Of a DNA stretch of 64,000 nt, positions 24,284-34,962 are shown one piece after another (within the stretch, counting starts at the first letter, position 1; each line of letters begins with the position of its first letter). The notes beneath the pieces are model-generated. The model was not told the origin of the DNA, did not search any database, and saw only the letters and a list, made by a program, of their open reading frames with translations. The stretch covers positions 992,001 through 1,056,000 of the forward strand of contig CM068769.1 of NCBI GenBank assembly GCA_035084275.1, given 5' to 3'. A program made the position numbers and the translations under genes. The stretch is from Hydrolagus colliei. Taxonomy: Eukaryota.

Positions 24284-24600
24284 GGAGTCCTGTAGCCCAG
24301 TGGTTATAGCACTCGCATAACAAACGTGAGATTTGTGTTTCGAATCTCAGCAGTTTGGAGTGAAACCTTGGCCAAGTTTCTTTAAACGACACCCCGAATA
24401 ATACTCCTTCCAACAATAAACTAAAATAAAAAATAGGTCATTTCAGTCCATGACTGTTTGTGGGGACGCTGCTGTGCACAATTGGCTGCCGCGTTTCACC
24501 TACATATATACAGTCAAATCACTTTACCGTGTATTCTGTGAAGCATTTTCAGACATCTAGAAGACACGAAAAGCGATATATCAAAAAGCAAGGATTAAAA
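24284..24600 (+). mobile_element. tRNA-head SINE
   Basis: GGAGTCCTGTAGCCCAGTGGTTATAGCACTCGC head, with body and tail. Confidence 0.8.
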
Positions 24601-25006
24601 TGCATAATTTACAATCTAGAATAACATTTATCCAAATCCCAACTCTAACGAAATCTATCTACATATGCACAGTGTAAAGTCTTCGAGAATTCACAAAACG
24701 ATTCACAGCTTGCACTGCGAAATGATTTAACTGTCTTTTTATTGGCTGAATATCGTAGCCAATTCCGCACATTAGCTTCCCACAATTGACTTGTTTTGGA
24801 GCGGAGCAACTTCTTCAAAGGAATTCTTATCCCCAGTAAAGCGATTCGCCAATCGATCATAAACCGGGTTCCTCCATATTTCAATGTAAATAGATGGGTG
24901 TGGAGTAAGGCGGATGGCTGAGTGTTTCACCCTGCGGAGATTCCAGCTCAGCTTCCCTTGTTTGCAACGCAAGTTCTTTAACTATTGAGCTGCAGCAACC
25001 TCAGCC

Positions 25007-25045
25007 TGTTTTTCCACAGGTCCTTCGTAATCACACATCACTGTG
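25007..25045 (-). other. 23-RSS: CACAGTG-23-GGAAAAACA
   Basis: Heptamer 25039-25045, nonamer 25007-25015. Confidence 0.88.
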
Positions 25046-25949
25046 CTCTCCGCACAGAAGTAGGTGGCGGAGTCAGAAACTCTCACGTCTCGGATCGATA
25101 ACGTGCTATTTTTTCCAACAGTCAAAGCATTTATCCTCTCCTTCGGCTTCTTCTCTCTTGATCAGAACAACAAAACTAACATTTATATAGCGCCTTTCAC
25201 GTCGAGAGGACATGCCAAGGCGATGTACAGTCAGGTAGGACATGAGCATGGTGGGAAGGATCAGGGAAGGATAAAGCATATTAGGAAAAGTAACTGTATT
25301 AGTGGGCGAAACATGGCAGCCAAATTGCGCACAGCAGTGTCCCACAATCAGTCACGGAAGTGGGACTAGGGGCAAAAGGGGGTAAAGAAGCAAAAGGGGA
25401 GGGGTCGAGGCAGGGGGAAAAAAGGCAGGAAAGTCGACTGTATATTTGTGGGCGAAACGCGGCAGCCAAATTGCGCACAGAAGTGTCCCCACAAACAATC
25501 GCGAAAATGGGGTCAGGGGAGAAAGGGGGAAAAGAGGGTAAGGGGGGAGAGGGAGGGAAAGGTGGGATGGGTTAGGGTTAGGGAGGAAGAGGGGGGAGAA
25601 AGGGGGGCAAGGAAGAGAGGGATAGATGGGAGGGGGCAAGATCACGAAGAGGGAAGAGGGAGGGAAGGGGAAAAGGGAGGAGAGAAAGTGGGGAAAGGGA
25701 GTGAGGGAAGAAGAAGATGGGGGCAGGGGTGGGGGGAATCAAACAAAAATATTAAACAATAATAAATAACAAAACAATAATATTAACAACAAAAACAGCA
25801 ACAAACAATAATCAACAATCGTCCAACAATCCACCAGCAACCACTCCCTGTCCTCGCCGCCCGCCCGGACGATCCCTGAGATGGTGGGAAAAAAAAGGGC
25901 GCGGAAAAAAGGTCCCAGTGTGGTGTCAGGCCCCAAAACCAACCGGCTC

Positions 25950-26101
25950 CTCAGTCGATGAACCCGGTGACTCGGTGATGGCCCTGGCACCTCGGACATG
26001 GTGTGTCTGGCCGGCTCGCACAGCAGCAACAGCAGCAGCCCGATCGCCGTCTGGATCTCCCGCGACGAGATGATCCGTCGCTTGCAGCACCTGGGCGCCT
26101 T
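25950..26101 (-). pseudogene. H2B: Histone H2B C-terminal fragment
   Basis: [27 protein letters not shown](G)ARAIT versus the H2B motif [35 protein letters not shown]; one frameshift. Confidence 0.85.
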
Positions 26102-26227
26102 CCCCTCGCGGAAGACGTGCGCCACCCACTGCCTGAGGAAAGTGCCGAGGTCGCGGCCTTGCTGGGTCCTGTCGAGGGGCCATTCTTCGCACAGCCGGAG
26201 GATGCGCCGACAGCGAGTGGCCGCCAT
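26102..26227 (-). pseudogene. UQCC2: UQCC2 N-terminal fragment (42 codons)
   Basis: [42 protein letters not shown] versus recalled vertebrate UQCC2 [42 protein letters not shown]. Confidence 0.9.
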
Positions 26228-26394
26228 TCCCTCCGTGATCCTCCCCGTCGTCCAAAAAGATGGTATTCGTTGGCCGACTGCCTATAGAGGAAGAACCGGC
26301 AGCGATGGAAGCCGGCTCCAGCTGGTGGGCTGAGCGGTGCATAGCGTGAAAGCTCTGTCCCCGCGATCGTTCCAGCCTCAAGATCTCTCGCCTC
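26228..26394 (-). pseudogene. PEBP4: PEBP-family (PEBP4-like) internal fragment
   Basis: [36 protein letters not shown] versus recalled PEBP4 [36 protein letters not shown] (the PEBP 'PP..GxHRY' motif). Confidence 0.75.
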
Positions 26395-27223
26395 GGGAGC
26401 GGGTGGTCCGTGTGAAAAAAATATCACTATATATCTAATATTACTATTAGATAAAATATTAGATTAAATAGATGATATAAAATATAAAATATCATCTATC
26501 GCCAGGCGAGGTGGAGAGAGTGCAGGATAGCACCTGCACTCTCCACCTCACCACCAATGACAACACTAGTAATTGGATGGAGCCGTTTCCATACTGTATG
26601 TACCATTGAAAGATTGGGCTGGGCACAGTGGTGATGCACTCTATAGATACATTTCCATTTTCGTTCTGTGTCATGGTCAGTGGTCTCTGTGTCACTTCAC
26701 TTTCAGCGAGCACACCTGGGGGAACAGACATGCACATTCTAGGAAAGAAACGTGGAAAAAAGCTGAAACTAAAATGCAGTTAATAGGAAAACAAGCATAT
26801 GTTTGTCCAATCTGGGGCTTTACTTACAGAAACACAGAATCATTAAATTGAGGATAATGCGCATTGCAGTGTAACATGGATTCATTCTGATTCCTCGCTG
26901 AGTCTAGTTAAAATCTGTCAGAGAACTGCAATGGGAAATCATCCAAAGGCTGTTTAGCGATTATGAATGTTTCTCGAATACTTTTAGCTGTGCAGGTTAT
27001 AACTATGTTCTGGGTGACGGCTTCACTGACAACTCACTTCCTGTATGTTGCCTTGTGCTACATTCATTCGTCAAGCGACAATCATTAGTGTCAACACTTA
27101 CAGCTGGTAAAACAGAGGCATGTTTGTAGATGACGAAAACACGCCCAATCGTCCTCCCAGCTCGAAAAGTGACACACGTTTTCGAAAGAGGCAAGCTTTC
27201 CAACCATTAAAGTAAAGGACATC

Positions 27224-27540
27224 GAATCTGTGACTCGTGGTCACAGATTTAAAATAGTTTCAAGGCGCAGTAGAGGGGAGCTGAGGAGAATTTTTTTCAC
27301 TCAGGGAGTTGCTCGAATCTGGAATGCATTGACTGAAAAGGTGGTGGAGGCTGATTCGATAACAACTTTTAAAAGGGAATTAGATCTTTATTTAGGGAGA
27401 ACGGGTCTATTAGGCTATGGGGAGCGGGCAGGGCAGTGGGATTGAATCGCTCTTTTCAAAGAGCCGACACAGACTAGATGGGCCGAATGGCCTCCTTTTG
27501 TGCCGTAAAATTCTATGATTCTATGATTCTATGATTCTAT
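27224..27540 (+). mobile_element. 5'-truncated CR1 3' end
   Basis: Nearly identical to the last ~310 bp of the 18347-21264 CR1; (ATTCTATG)n tail. Confidence 0.95.
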
Positions 27541-27830
27541 CTCCTTGATTGAATCGAAGAAAGCAGGGCAATAGACTGGATGTCAATTGACAGCTGGACA
27601 ACTGCAGTGGAGGAATTGTGAAGCTTCGAAGATTTGGGATGATCTCCTCTGCATACGTCCTGCCGATGAGCCAGGCCGGGCTGTGTTGTCATCAGCAGTG
27701 GGAACCACTGGGAAGAATTCTAACAATGTTTTACGAACCTACATATCAACTCTGCTCATACATGTTCTCCTCTGCTAAATGAGGACAAGTGATTTTACTC
27801 AGAACACAGTAAGAAGTTACACAGTGCATC

Positions 27831-27864
27831 GCAGCCATCTGGCGGTAGTAGTGAGGTACTGCAG
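27831..27864 (-). promoter_or_regulatory. Extended CTCF-like site (upstream motif + core)
   Basis: CTGCAGTACC-TCACTACTA-CCGCCAGATGGCTGC. Confidence 0.6.
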
Positions 27865-28209
27865 ATTAGTATCGTTAATTTGAACACAAACAGGAGGCCA
27901 TTCGGTCCATCGAGTGGGTGCCGCCTTATGAAAAGAGCAATTCTATCACATTCACCAGTTGTCTCCCCATAACCGCTCAATCCCGTACTACACAAATAAC
28001 TGTATACCTGATATATATTGATCATAAATCAGACTAGAGACTGTCGCAGGTGCTTTGGGAGTGTGAGGCGGGGATTGGTTGGAAGCTATGAAGCTATTGT
28101 CATGATTGTGACAATGCATTACCAAGTTGCAGATTAGGTCTCGTCCAACTTTCTCTTCTCAGCTGAACGAGAACTGGGAATTCACCTGTGGGCAGGTACA
28201 AAGCGCATC

Positions 28210-28242
28210 GCGACCATCTGGCGATAGTAATGCAGTACTGCA
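28210..28242 (-). promoter_or_regulatory. Extended CTCF-like site, second copy
   Basis: TGCAGTACT-GCATTACTA-TCGCCAGATGGTCGC; part of a ~70-bp duplication with 27826-27895. Confidence 0.5.
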
Positions 28243-29714
28243 TGATTTTTTTTTTCGTTAATTGAACACACAACAACTGCACACTAGCATCAGGTGAGAT
28301 GTACATAAAGGAAAATCGGATCTCGGCTTTAAGTCCCTCTAAAATTGTATAGTGTTAAACTGAGTTGAGGCACAAAGCAATAATAATTATCATTGGACTC
28401 GACATAACTTTTTCCACATTCTCCACGTATCTTTTGGGACGTCACATAATAATCTGTACAGTGAATTAAGCGCTCATTTGTGGGGAAATTGGTCAGCGAA
28501 TTGAACAAAGCAGGGACCCACAAAGATTCGTGGATGGAAGTGAACAGTTCATCATTTTTTGTTATTATGAAAACAACAATATCCTGGGATTCAATTGGGA
28601 AATGATTGATTATATAAACACGTGCTAACTAATGAAGATGTATTGGACCTTTTCAATAGAACACTGTGGAGAAACTCAAAGCGTGATCTTACGTAATTGG
28701 TGATGACGAAACCCATACAAAAATTAATAACATCTGAAGTGAATGCACTTGGAGCTGTGATACCGCATTCAGCCACTGGGCAGTTGTTGTTTTGTAAACA
28801 CAAGGAGTAATTACAGTGCAACAACGCCAACTGTTGGACATATGGTTGTACTAAAGATATTCACGTCAATGCCCATCTGCCTGGACTTGGGGAGCATTGC
28901 ATTCTCTCTCCATCCCCACAACATTCACCCCCCACCCCCCCACCCCATTCCCCTTTCCAATTCAGTTCCTTATTGCTTTAAGTTATTGGGTGCGTCAGGA
29001 AACTGGTAATAGGGTGCACTGCGGAATTTTAACTAAATACTTTTATTCCTGCTGTTAGCACACATTTGTCTTTCGCATCAGCGCTTTCTGTGTTTGAATT
29101 GCTTCTGTGTATTTTGAATTACAGCAACAAAAGCGTATACTTAGATAGCACTGCTGAAACAGAGTAGAGTGTCAGAGCTCGACACAGTTGTGAAGCCTGA
29201 CGCTGGTCATAATGAATGGGGAAAGGAGCGTAGGTGCACGCACCCCTACATTTATCCACTCACCATCCTCACACAACACAACCAGCTTCTCACCATTCTC
29301 GCCTTCTCGCAGGTCATCTCAATCATTTATATTTACACGAAGTGTATGTAAGTATCAACTGTTTTACTTTATGCTAAACTATGTATTCTATTGGACCTCA
29401 AAATATTTACAGAATCCAATACATTCTCCGCTAATTCTGTGCAATTCACCTAAACATGGGATTTCACAGCTGTTCGAATGGAATGTGCTCTCCCTCACAA
29501 TTAAAAAAATGCATCCTAACCAACCAATTGCTGAGAGTATAAAGCTTTCGATCCGCACACCACAGTGCCTAAGAAAACCAACAACACATTGGGCATGTTA
29601 ATTCAGGTCTGTGTGTGGGACACTGCTGTGTGAAATTGGTTGCCGCAATTCATTTTAAATTTGCTCTGTTTGCTGTGAGGAGCCATGGTTCGCCAATACG
29701 ACGTGAAAAGCTCC

Positions 29715-30365
29715 ATATCAAATTAAAACTACCTCAACCCCGAAGCTGCCGAAACACTTGTGCACGCATACATCACATCACGGCTGGACAACGGAAACTC
29801 TCTCCTCGTCGGCCTCCCCAGTTCCTCCATTCACAGGCATCAGGTCATCCAAAACTCTGCAGCCCGTGTACTATCCAGCATCCGCCTCCGCGACTATATA
29901 ACCCCCACCCACGCCCGTCTCCACTGGCTCCCCATCCTCCAGAGTATCGAGTTCAAGATCCTCGTCCTCAACTTCAGGGCCTTACACGGCCTTGCCACGC
30001 CCTAATTAACCGACTTACATTCTCCCTGTACGCCCACGCGGTCCCTCAGTTCAGTAGGTCTTCGCCTGCTACAAGCCCGACGCCCGAACTGGCCCACCAC
30101 TGGAGGCCGGGCTTTCAGTTTTTCCACTCCCAACCTGTGGAATTCCATCCCCCAATCCCTCCGTTTTTCTTCTTCCCTTTCCTCTTTCAAGGCCGATTTG
30201 AAGACGTTCCTCTTCAACCGTGCCTTTTTTTCCCCCAAAATTTTTTTCGATCTCCCCTACGCGTTTCATCCCCATCCCGAACATTCCCCTCCCAGCTCGG
30301 GTCACACGCCTCCTCTGCAGCGCCTTGGGACGTCCTCCCGACGTGAAAGGCGATTTATAAGTTTA
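29715..30365 (+). mobile_element. L2 LINE 3' fragment
   Basis: HAYITSRLDNGNSLLVGLP..IQNSAARVL..ITP..LHWLP..IEFKIL (L2 ORF2 C-terminus), ending GACGTGAAAGGCGATTTATAAGT..TTG. Confidence 0.9.
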
Positions 30366-31718
30366 AGTTGTTGGTGTTGAAATAATATTATTTTTATTAT
30401 TATTATCATAATGATTGTTAATCTCGCCCCCATTTCAGTATGTTTCTTGTCCCCGGCCCATCCCACACCAGCATTGACAAATGTGCTATCAGCGTATTCT
30501 CTACCAAATTCAGGAACTCCATCCTCGATTCATTTTGCATTCTCACGTCACATTCTAACTTTAAGGCCTACCTTAAAATGTTTCTCTTTAAATCATCATC
30601 ATTAGTCCACCCACCTCCCCCAATCACACACCACTCCTACATTCCCACTCGCCCCCCAAGCGCAACCACCAGCTCAGATAACAACGCCAGACTTTGCAGT
30701 CACTTGGGACGTTGTATCAAAATGAAAAAGTGACTGTATACATGCGATTTGTTGTTGTTATCTCGTCCTGACGCAGACATTTACATGCGATTCTATAGGA
30801 TTCTGATGACAGTCCAGCCCGGCTGGCTGACTCATAGGTCTGCACTGCTGTTGACTGCAAATGCTGGAATATGGTTTGAACTGTAAATTAAATAACTGCC
30901 AATTAAATAAAATAAAACTATTCTAACAATAGTGATAATACTTGCATTGCTTTTTCTACTTTTCAGACCTTAACGACGTCTCAAGGCGCTTCACAAAATA
31001 AATTATAAAGTGAATTGACTGTATATTTTGTCGTCAAAATTCGGCACGCCATTTCCGCATAGCAGTATCCCAAATACAGTCGTTGATTGAAATGACCAAT
31101 TGTATTACATACTTGTTGCTTTATTTTAGACGGATTATTATCTGTCGTGTGGGTGTGGAGTAAGGAAACTTGTCCATGGTCTGCACATAGGTCTGATGCG
31201 TATAAGTCGAGTCCTCTAACAATTGAGCGAAAGGATCTACAGATTTTCAGTTTTCGAACTCAGAGCTAATCAAACTCACGGAGACTTTTGGTACTGTATG
31301 AATGTAACTTTTATGTAATCACGAGAATGTAAAGATTAGCGTTGCTAATCTGTATCTATTGCCTTCTCCTTCTATCTGTAGAGTGTTCCTCTTGACGCCA
31401 GTGATTGAATAATACACACTACAGAATTTTCCTGCTATTATTGCTCAACCCACTAACCCTTACAATCAATTACTTTACCACAATACAGTACGGAGACCAT
31501 ATCATCAAAATAATCCCTTCACTACTGGAACAACATCAGTGAAAACAAGAGCAGTAGGGGACCACAGCTAGTTTTCATATCCCCCCAGCCCCAACTCCAC
31601 ATCACAGATCATGTCTTATCACAAACAAAACATTTGCTTGCTTTCGTCCATTTTTCATCCAAATCATGTCCTATTACATTCTTTATCCTCGCAAACAGGC
31701 AGGAAGAAGCGAGGGATT

Positions 31719-31740
31719 TATATATATATATATATATATA
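31719..31740. repeat. (TA)n microsatellite
   Basis: Directly visible. Confidence 0.95.
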
Positions 31741-32646
31741 AATCAATCTTTGGAATCTTACGTTCTTCAAAACATCCTGGATGTTAAACATGAGATCAGA
31801 GAAACCGTTATATGGCGAAATAACTGTCAGTTTCATAATAATAATATTCCTTGAATTTGACACGTTGCTCTTCACATCTTATTCGAAATCTCAAAACGCT
31901 TTATAGAAAATGGTGTACAGTTTGTAGGCGACACGTGGTAGCGAATTGTGCAGCGCAGCGTCCCCACAAACAGTCGTGGATTGAAATGGACAATTTTATA
32001 TTGTGGGATTTTGGGGACGGATTATAATTAGCCAAGTGGAGTAAGGCAACTAGCTCAAATGTTTCCACCACAACGGTTTACTAGCCTTTCCCGAAGCGCT
32101 CAGCGTCGCACACAGTCACCCACATCATCTCATCCGTTTCAACCTGCATTGAATCCCATCCAATTGTCTCCTCTCTTCTCACGTTGGTCATCTCCATCCC
32201 TCCCTCGGTACTAATCCCTCCTCATGTAATCTGCCATACACGAGTGCTCAGACCTTCCCCCATTTGTCAGCACATCCTACTGTGATCAGCGTTGGCATGG
32301 TGGTCCGCCTCACCACTGTATACACTATTCTCAGCCCCTTCGTCTGTGTTCACCCACGCCTCGTCTGTATAGTCACTCTGTGTACGACAACAACAGCTTC
32401 GATTTATATAGCGCTATCACGCCGGACGGCGTCTCAGAGCGCATCAGAATAGCGGCTTCCGGGAACGAGTCAGGTGCAGGGGCAGAAAGGCGACGAAAAG
32501 CGCACTGGCAGATAAAGGTCTTCAGCTGTGACCAGAAACTGGGAAGATAGGGTGCGAGGCGAAGGGAATGTGGAAGGAAGTTGCAGAGCCTCGGGTGCAG
32601 TGACTGAAGGCAGGTCGCCGACGGTGCGGCGGAGGATTCGGAGAAC

Positions 32647-33836
32647 ATAGATTCATCGAATCATTGAATGTTACGGCCCAAAAGGAGGCCATTCGGCCCA
32701 TCTAGTCTGTGCAAGCTCTTTGAAAAGAGCGATTGAATCCCACTGCCCTGCCCGCTCCCCATAGCCTAATAGACTTGTTCTCCCTAAATAAATATCTAAT
32801 TCCCTTTTAAAAGTTGTTATCGACTTATCACCACCATTTCAGGCAATGCATTCCAGATTCGAACAACTCGCTGAGTGAAAAAACTTCTCCTCAGCTCCCC
32901 TCTACTTCGCCTTGAAACTATTTTTAATGTGTGACCACGAGTCACAGATTCGCCCACGAGTGGAAATAGTTTTTCTCTATTTGCCCTGTCGAAACCCCTC
33001 ATGATCTTATAAACCTCTATTAGGTCTCCCTTCAATCTTCTCTGCTCTAGAGAGAATAACCCTAGCCTATCTAGCCTCTCCTCATAGCTGAAGACCCTCA
33101 ATCCTGGCACCATCCTAGTAAATCTTCTTTGTACACTTTCCAGTGTATTCACATCCTTTCTGTAGTGTGGTGACCAGAATTGAACACAGTATTCCAGCTG
33201 AGGCCTCACCAAAGTTTTATAGAGGTTAGTAAGCACTTCCTGACGTTTGTACTCTATACCCCTATTTATAAAGCCTAGTATCCCATATGCCTTCTTAACA
33301 GCCTTGTCTACCTGTCCTGCCACCTTCAACGAGTCACTAACACAAATCCCCAGGTCTCTCTGTTCTTTCCACCATTTAAAATTGTACTATCTAGCCTATA
33401 TTGCCTCCCTTCAATTCTTCTCCCAAAATGCATCACCTCACACTTCTCTGCATTAAACTTCATCTACCATGTGTCTGCCCACTTTACCAATTTGTCTATA
33501 TTCTCTTGCAGATGGCTAATACCCTCCCCACTATTTACTATTCTCCCTAAATTAGTGTCATCTGCAAACTTGGAAACCATACTCCGTACACCGAAGTCTA
33601 GATCATTGATGTAGATTACAACCAGCAATGGTCCCAAAACTGATCCCTGTTGCACACCACTGCTCACTTCCCTCCAGTCTGAAAAACAGCCGCTCACTAC
33701 AACTCTCTGATTTCTGACTCGCAGCCAGTTGTGGATCCACGCTGCTACTGTCCCTTTTACGCCATGGGCCTTTAATTTCCTAATAAGTCTCTCATGTGGC
33801 ACTTTGTCAAATGCCTTTTGAAAGTCCATGTAAACT
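32647..33836 (-). mobile_element. 5'-truncated CR1 (RT C-terminal half + 3' UTR)
   Basis: YMDFQKAFDKVPH..FADDTNLG..KWADTW*..RPQLEYCVQFWSP; same subfamily as the 18347 copy. Confidence 0.95.
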
Positions 33837-33959
33837 ACGATATTTGGATGATGTGTTAAAGGGAGAGTGAGACTGGCGAATTGAAGCATCAATTGTGCTG
33901 GGAGAGTGGAGGTTCACCCCGATGGAATATGGGGGAGAGTGTTTGACTCTGACTGGGAT
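33837..33959 (+). repeat. 123-bp inverted duplicate of the SRCR exon 5' end (matches 34528-34650)
   Basis: GGAGAGTGAGACTGGCGAAT..GGGAGAGTGGAGGTT..GACTGGGAT is present in both orientations. This copy keeps TGG where the main exon has TAG. Confidence 0.85.
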
Positions 33960-34317
33960 GAGGCTAGACCCAGGGGAGCGCAGGCAGCGGGTGCTGGGTG
34001 CGGGGCGAAGAGATCAGAGAGATAGGCAACTGAAGGGATTTGAAAACAAGGGTGATGATCTTGAAGTCGATCCTCTGTGGGATAGGGAGGCAGTGAAGTC
34101 TGCCAAGGACTGGGGTAATGGGGGAGCGAAATTTGAAGGTTGGAGTGTACTCACCCGCCCTTGTGTTCCCGTCTCTGTTCAAACCCCTGCAGTAATAACA
34201 CTCTGTGTTCACAATGGCTAATGTATTCACTGTGCGCCCCACCCAGTGCTCACCACCCTCCTTGCCTCCAACCCACCCCGAGTGAACGAGAAAATGATCA
34301 GACACAGTGTTACTTAC

Positions 34318-34962
34318 CTGAGCAGTTGACGGCGGCATCATTGTCGTGTGATGCGGGATAGTGACTCCAGCGATGTGAGGGACATTCCCTCAGAGTAGAC
34401 TCATTGCCTTTGCACTGAACATCAAAAGTCACAATGGGAGCTATTGCTTTCCCAATTGAGCTCCTCCTGGTATTGGCATTGCCTCACCACAGCCCAGCTC
34501 CTTACACACCACATCTGCGTCCTTCATATCCCAGTCCGAATCAAACACTCTCCCCTATATTCCATCGTGGTAAACCTCCACTCTCCCAACACAATTGATG
34601 CTTCCATTCGCCAGTCTCACTCTCCCTGTAACACATCATACAAATATCGTAATAGTATTTCCTCGTTGTCAATCGCGCAAGCAAGATTCAACAGATGTGT
34701 ATTGTCTATTGTCCACAATAGGTAGCCTATTTTTTTGGGAGCACGGATTTATGCGGTTATGGGAAGAGAACTGGAGAATGGGATTCAAAGAGATGGCACA
34801 GCCCCAACGGGAAGAATGGCCTCTTTTTGTGCCGAAAGATACCATGATTCCATATTTCTAATAAAGTGTACATGTGCCTGAAACACGGGGGGATGTCTGC
34901 GGCATTAGCTGTACAGCAATGATGATAATAACTATAATGGTGGCAGTGAATGATGGAGACAT
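34318..34962 (-). pseudogene. Scavenger-receptor cysteine-rich (SRCR) gene remnant: putative leader 34878-34962 and SRCR exon 34318-34625
   Basis: [51 protein letters not shown](F)GK..FDVQCKGNESTLREC..W..HDNDAAVNCS. 308 nt with one stop and a 1-nt deletion; TACAG acceptor and GTAAGT donor. Leader MSPSFTATIIVIIIIAVQL.. has a GC donor (less certain). Confidence 0.9.

Larger units (their letters stand above)
25163..26560 (-). mobile_element. Composite insertion: hairpin, AT-rich spacer, three host-gene fragments, TTG- and CT-rich tracts, duplicated SINE core, SINE/L2-type tail
   Basis: Bounded by the two V halves, with a possible imperfect TSD TG(A)TCA. The tail GACGTGAAAGGCGCTATATAAATG..TTGTTGTT is at the left end. 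Confidence 0.7.
25046..26885 (-). pseudogene. Most distal TCR V (subfamily A), split by a 1.4-kb insertion (leader 26828-26885; V 5' half 26561-26715; V 3' half 25046-25162)
   Basis: Leader MNPCYTAMRIILNLMILCF with GTAAGT donor. VLAESEVTQRP..IECITT..FQWYIQYGNGSIQLLVL | IKREEAEGE..STLSIRDVRVSDSATYFCAE. The halves join codon-for-codon with the 15981 paralog, apart from a further 1-nt loss. Confidence 0.92.

Noticed and set aside
28591-28830. LLHCNYS plus a CACAGTG, resembling a V relic
   Set aside because: No Trp or YYC motif, the spacing is wrong, and there is no nonamer at 23 nt.
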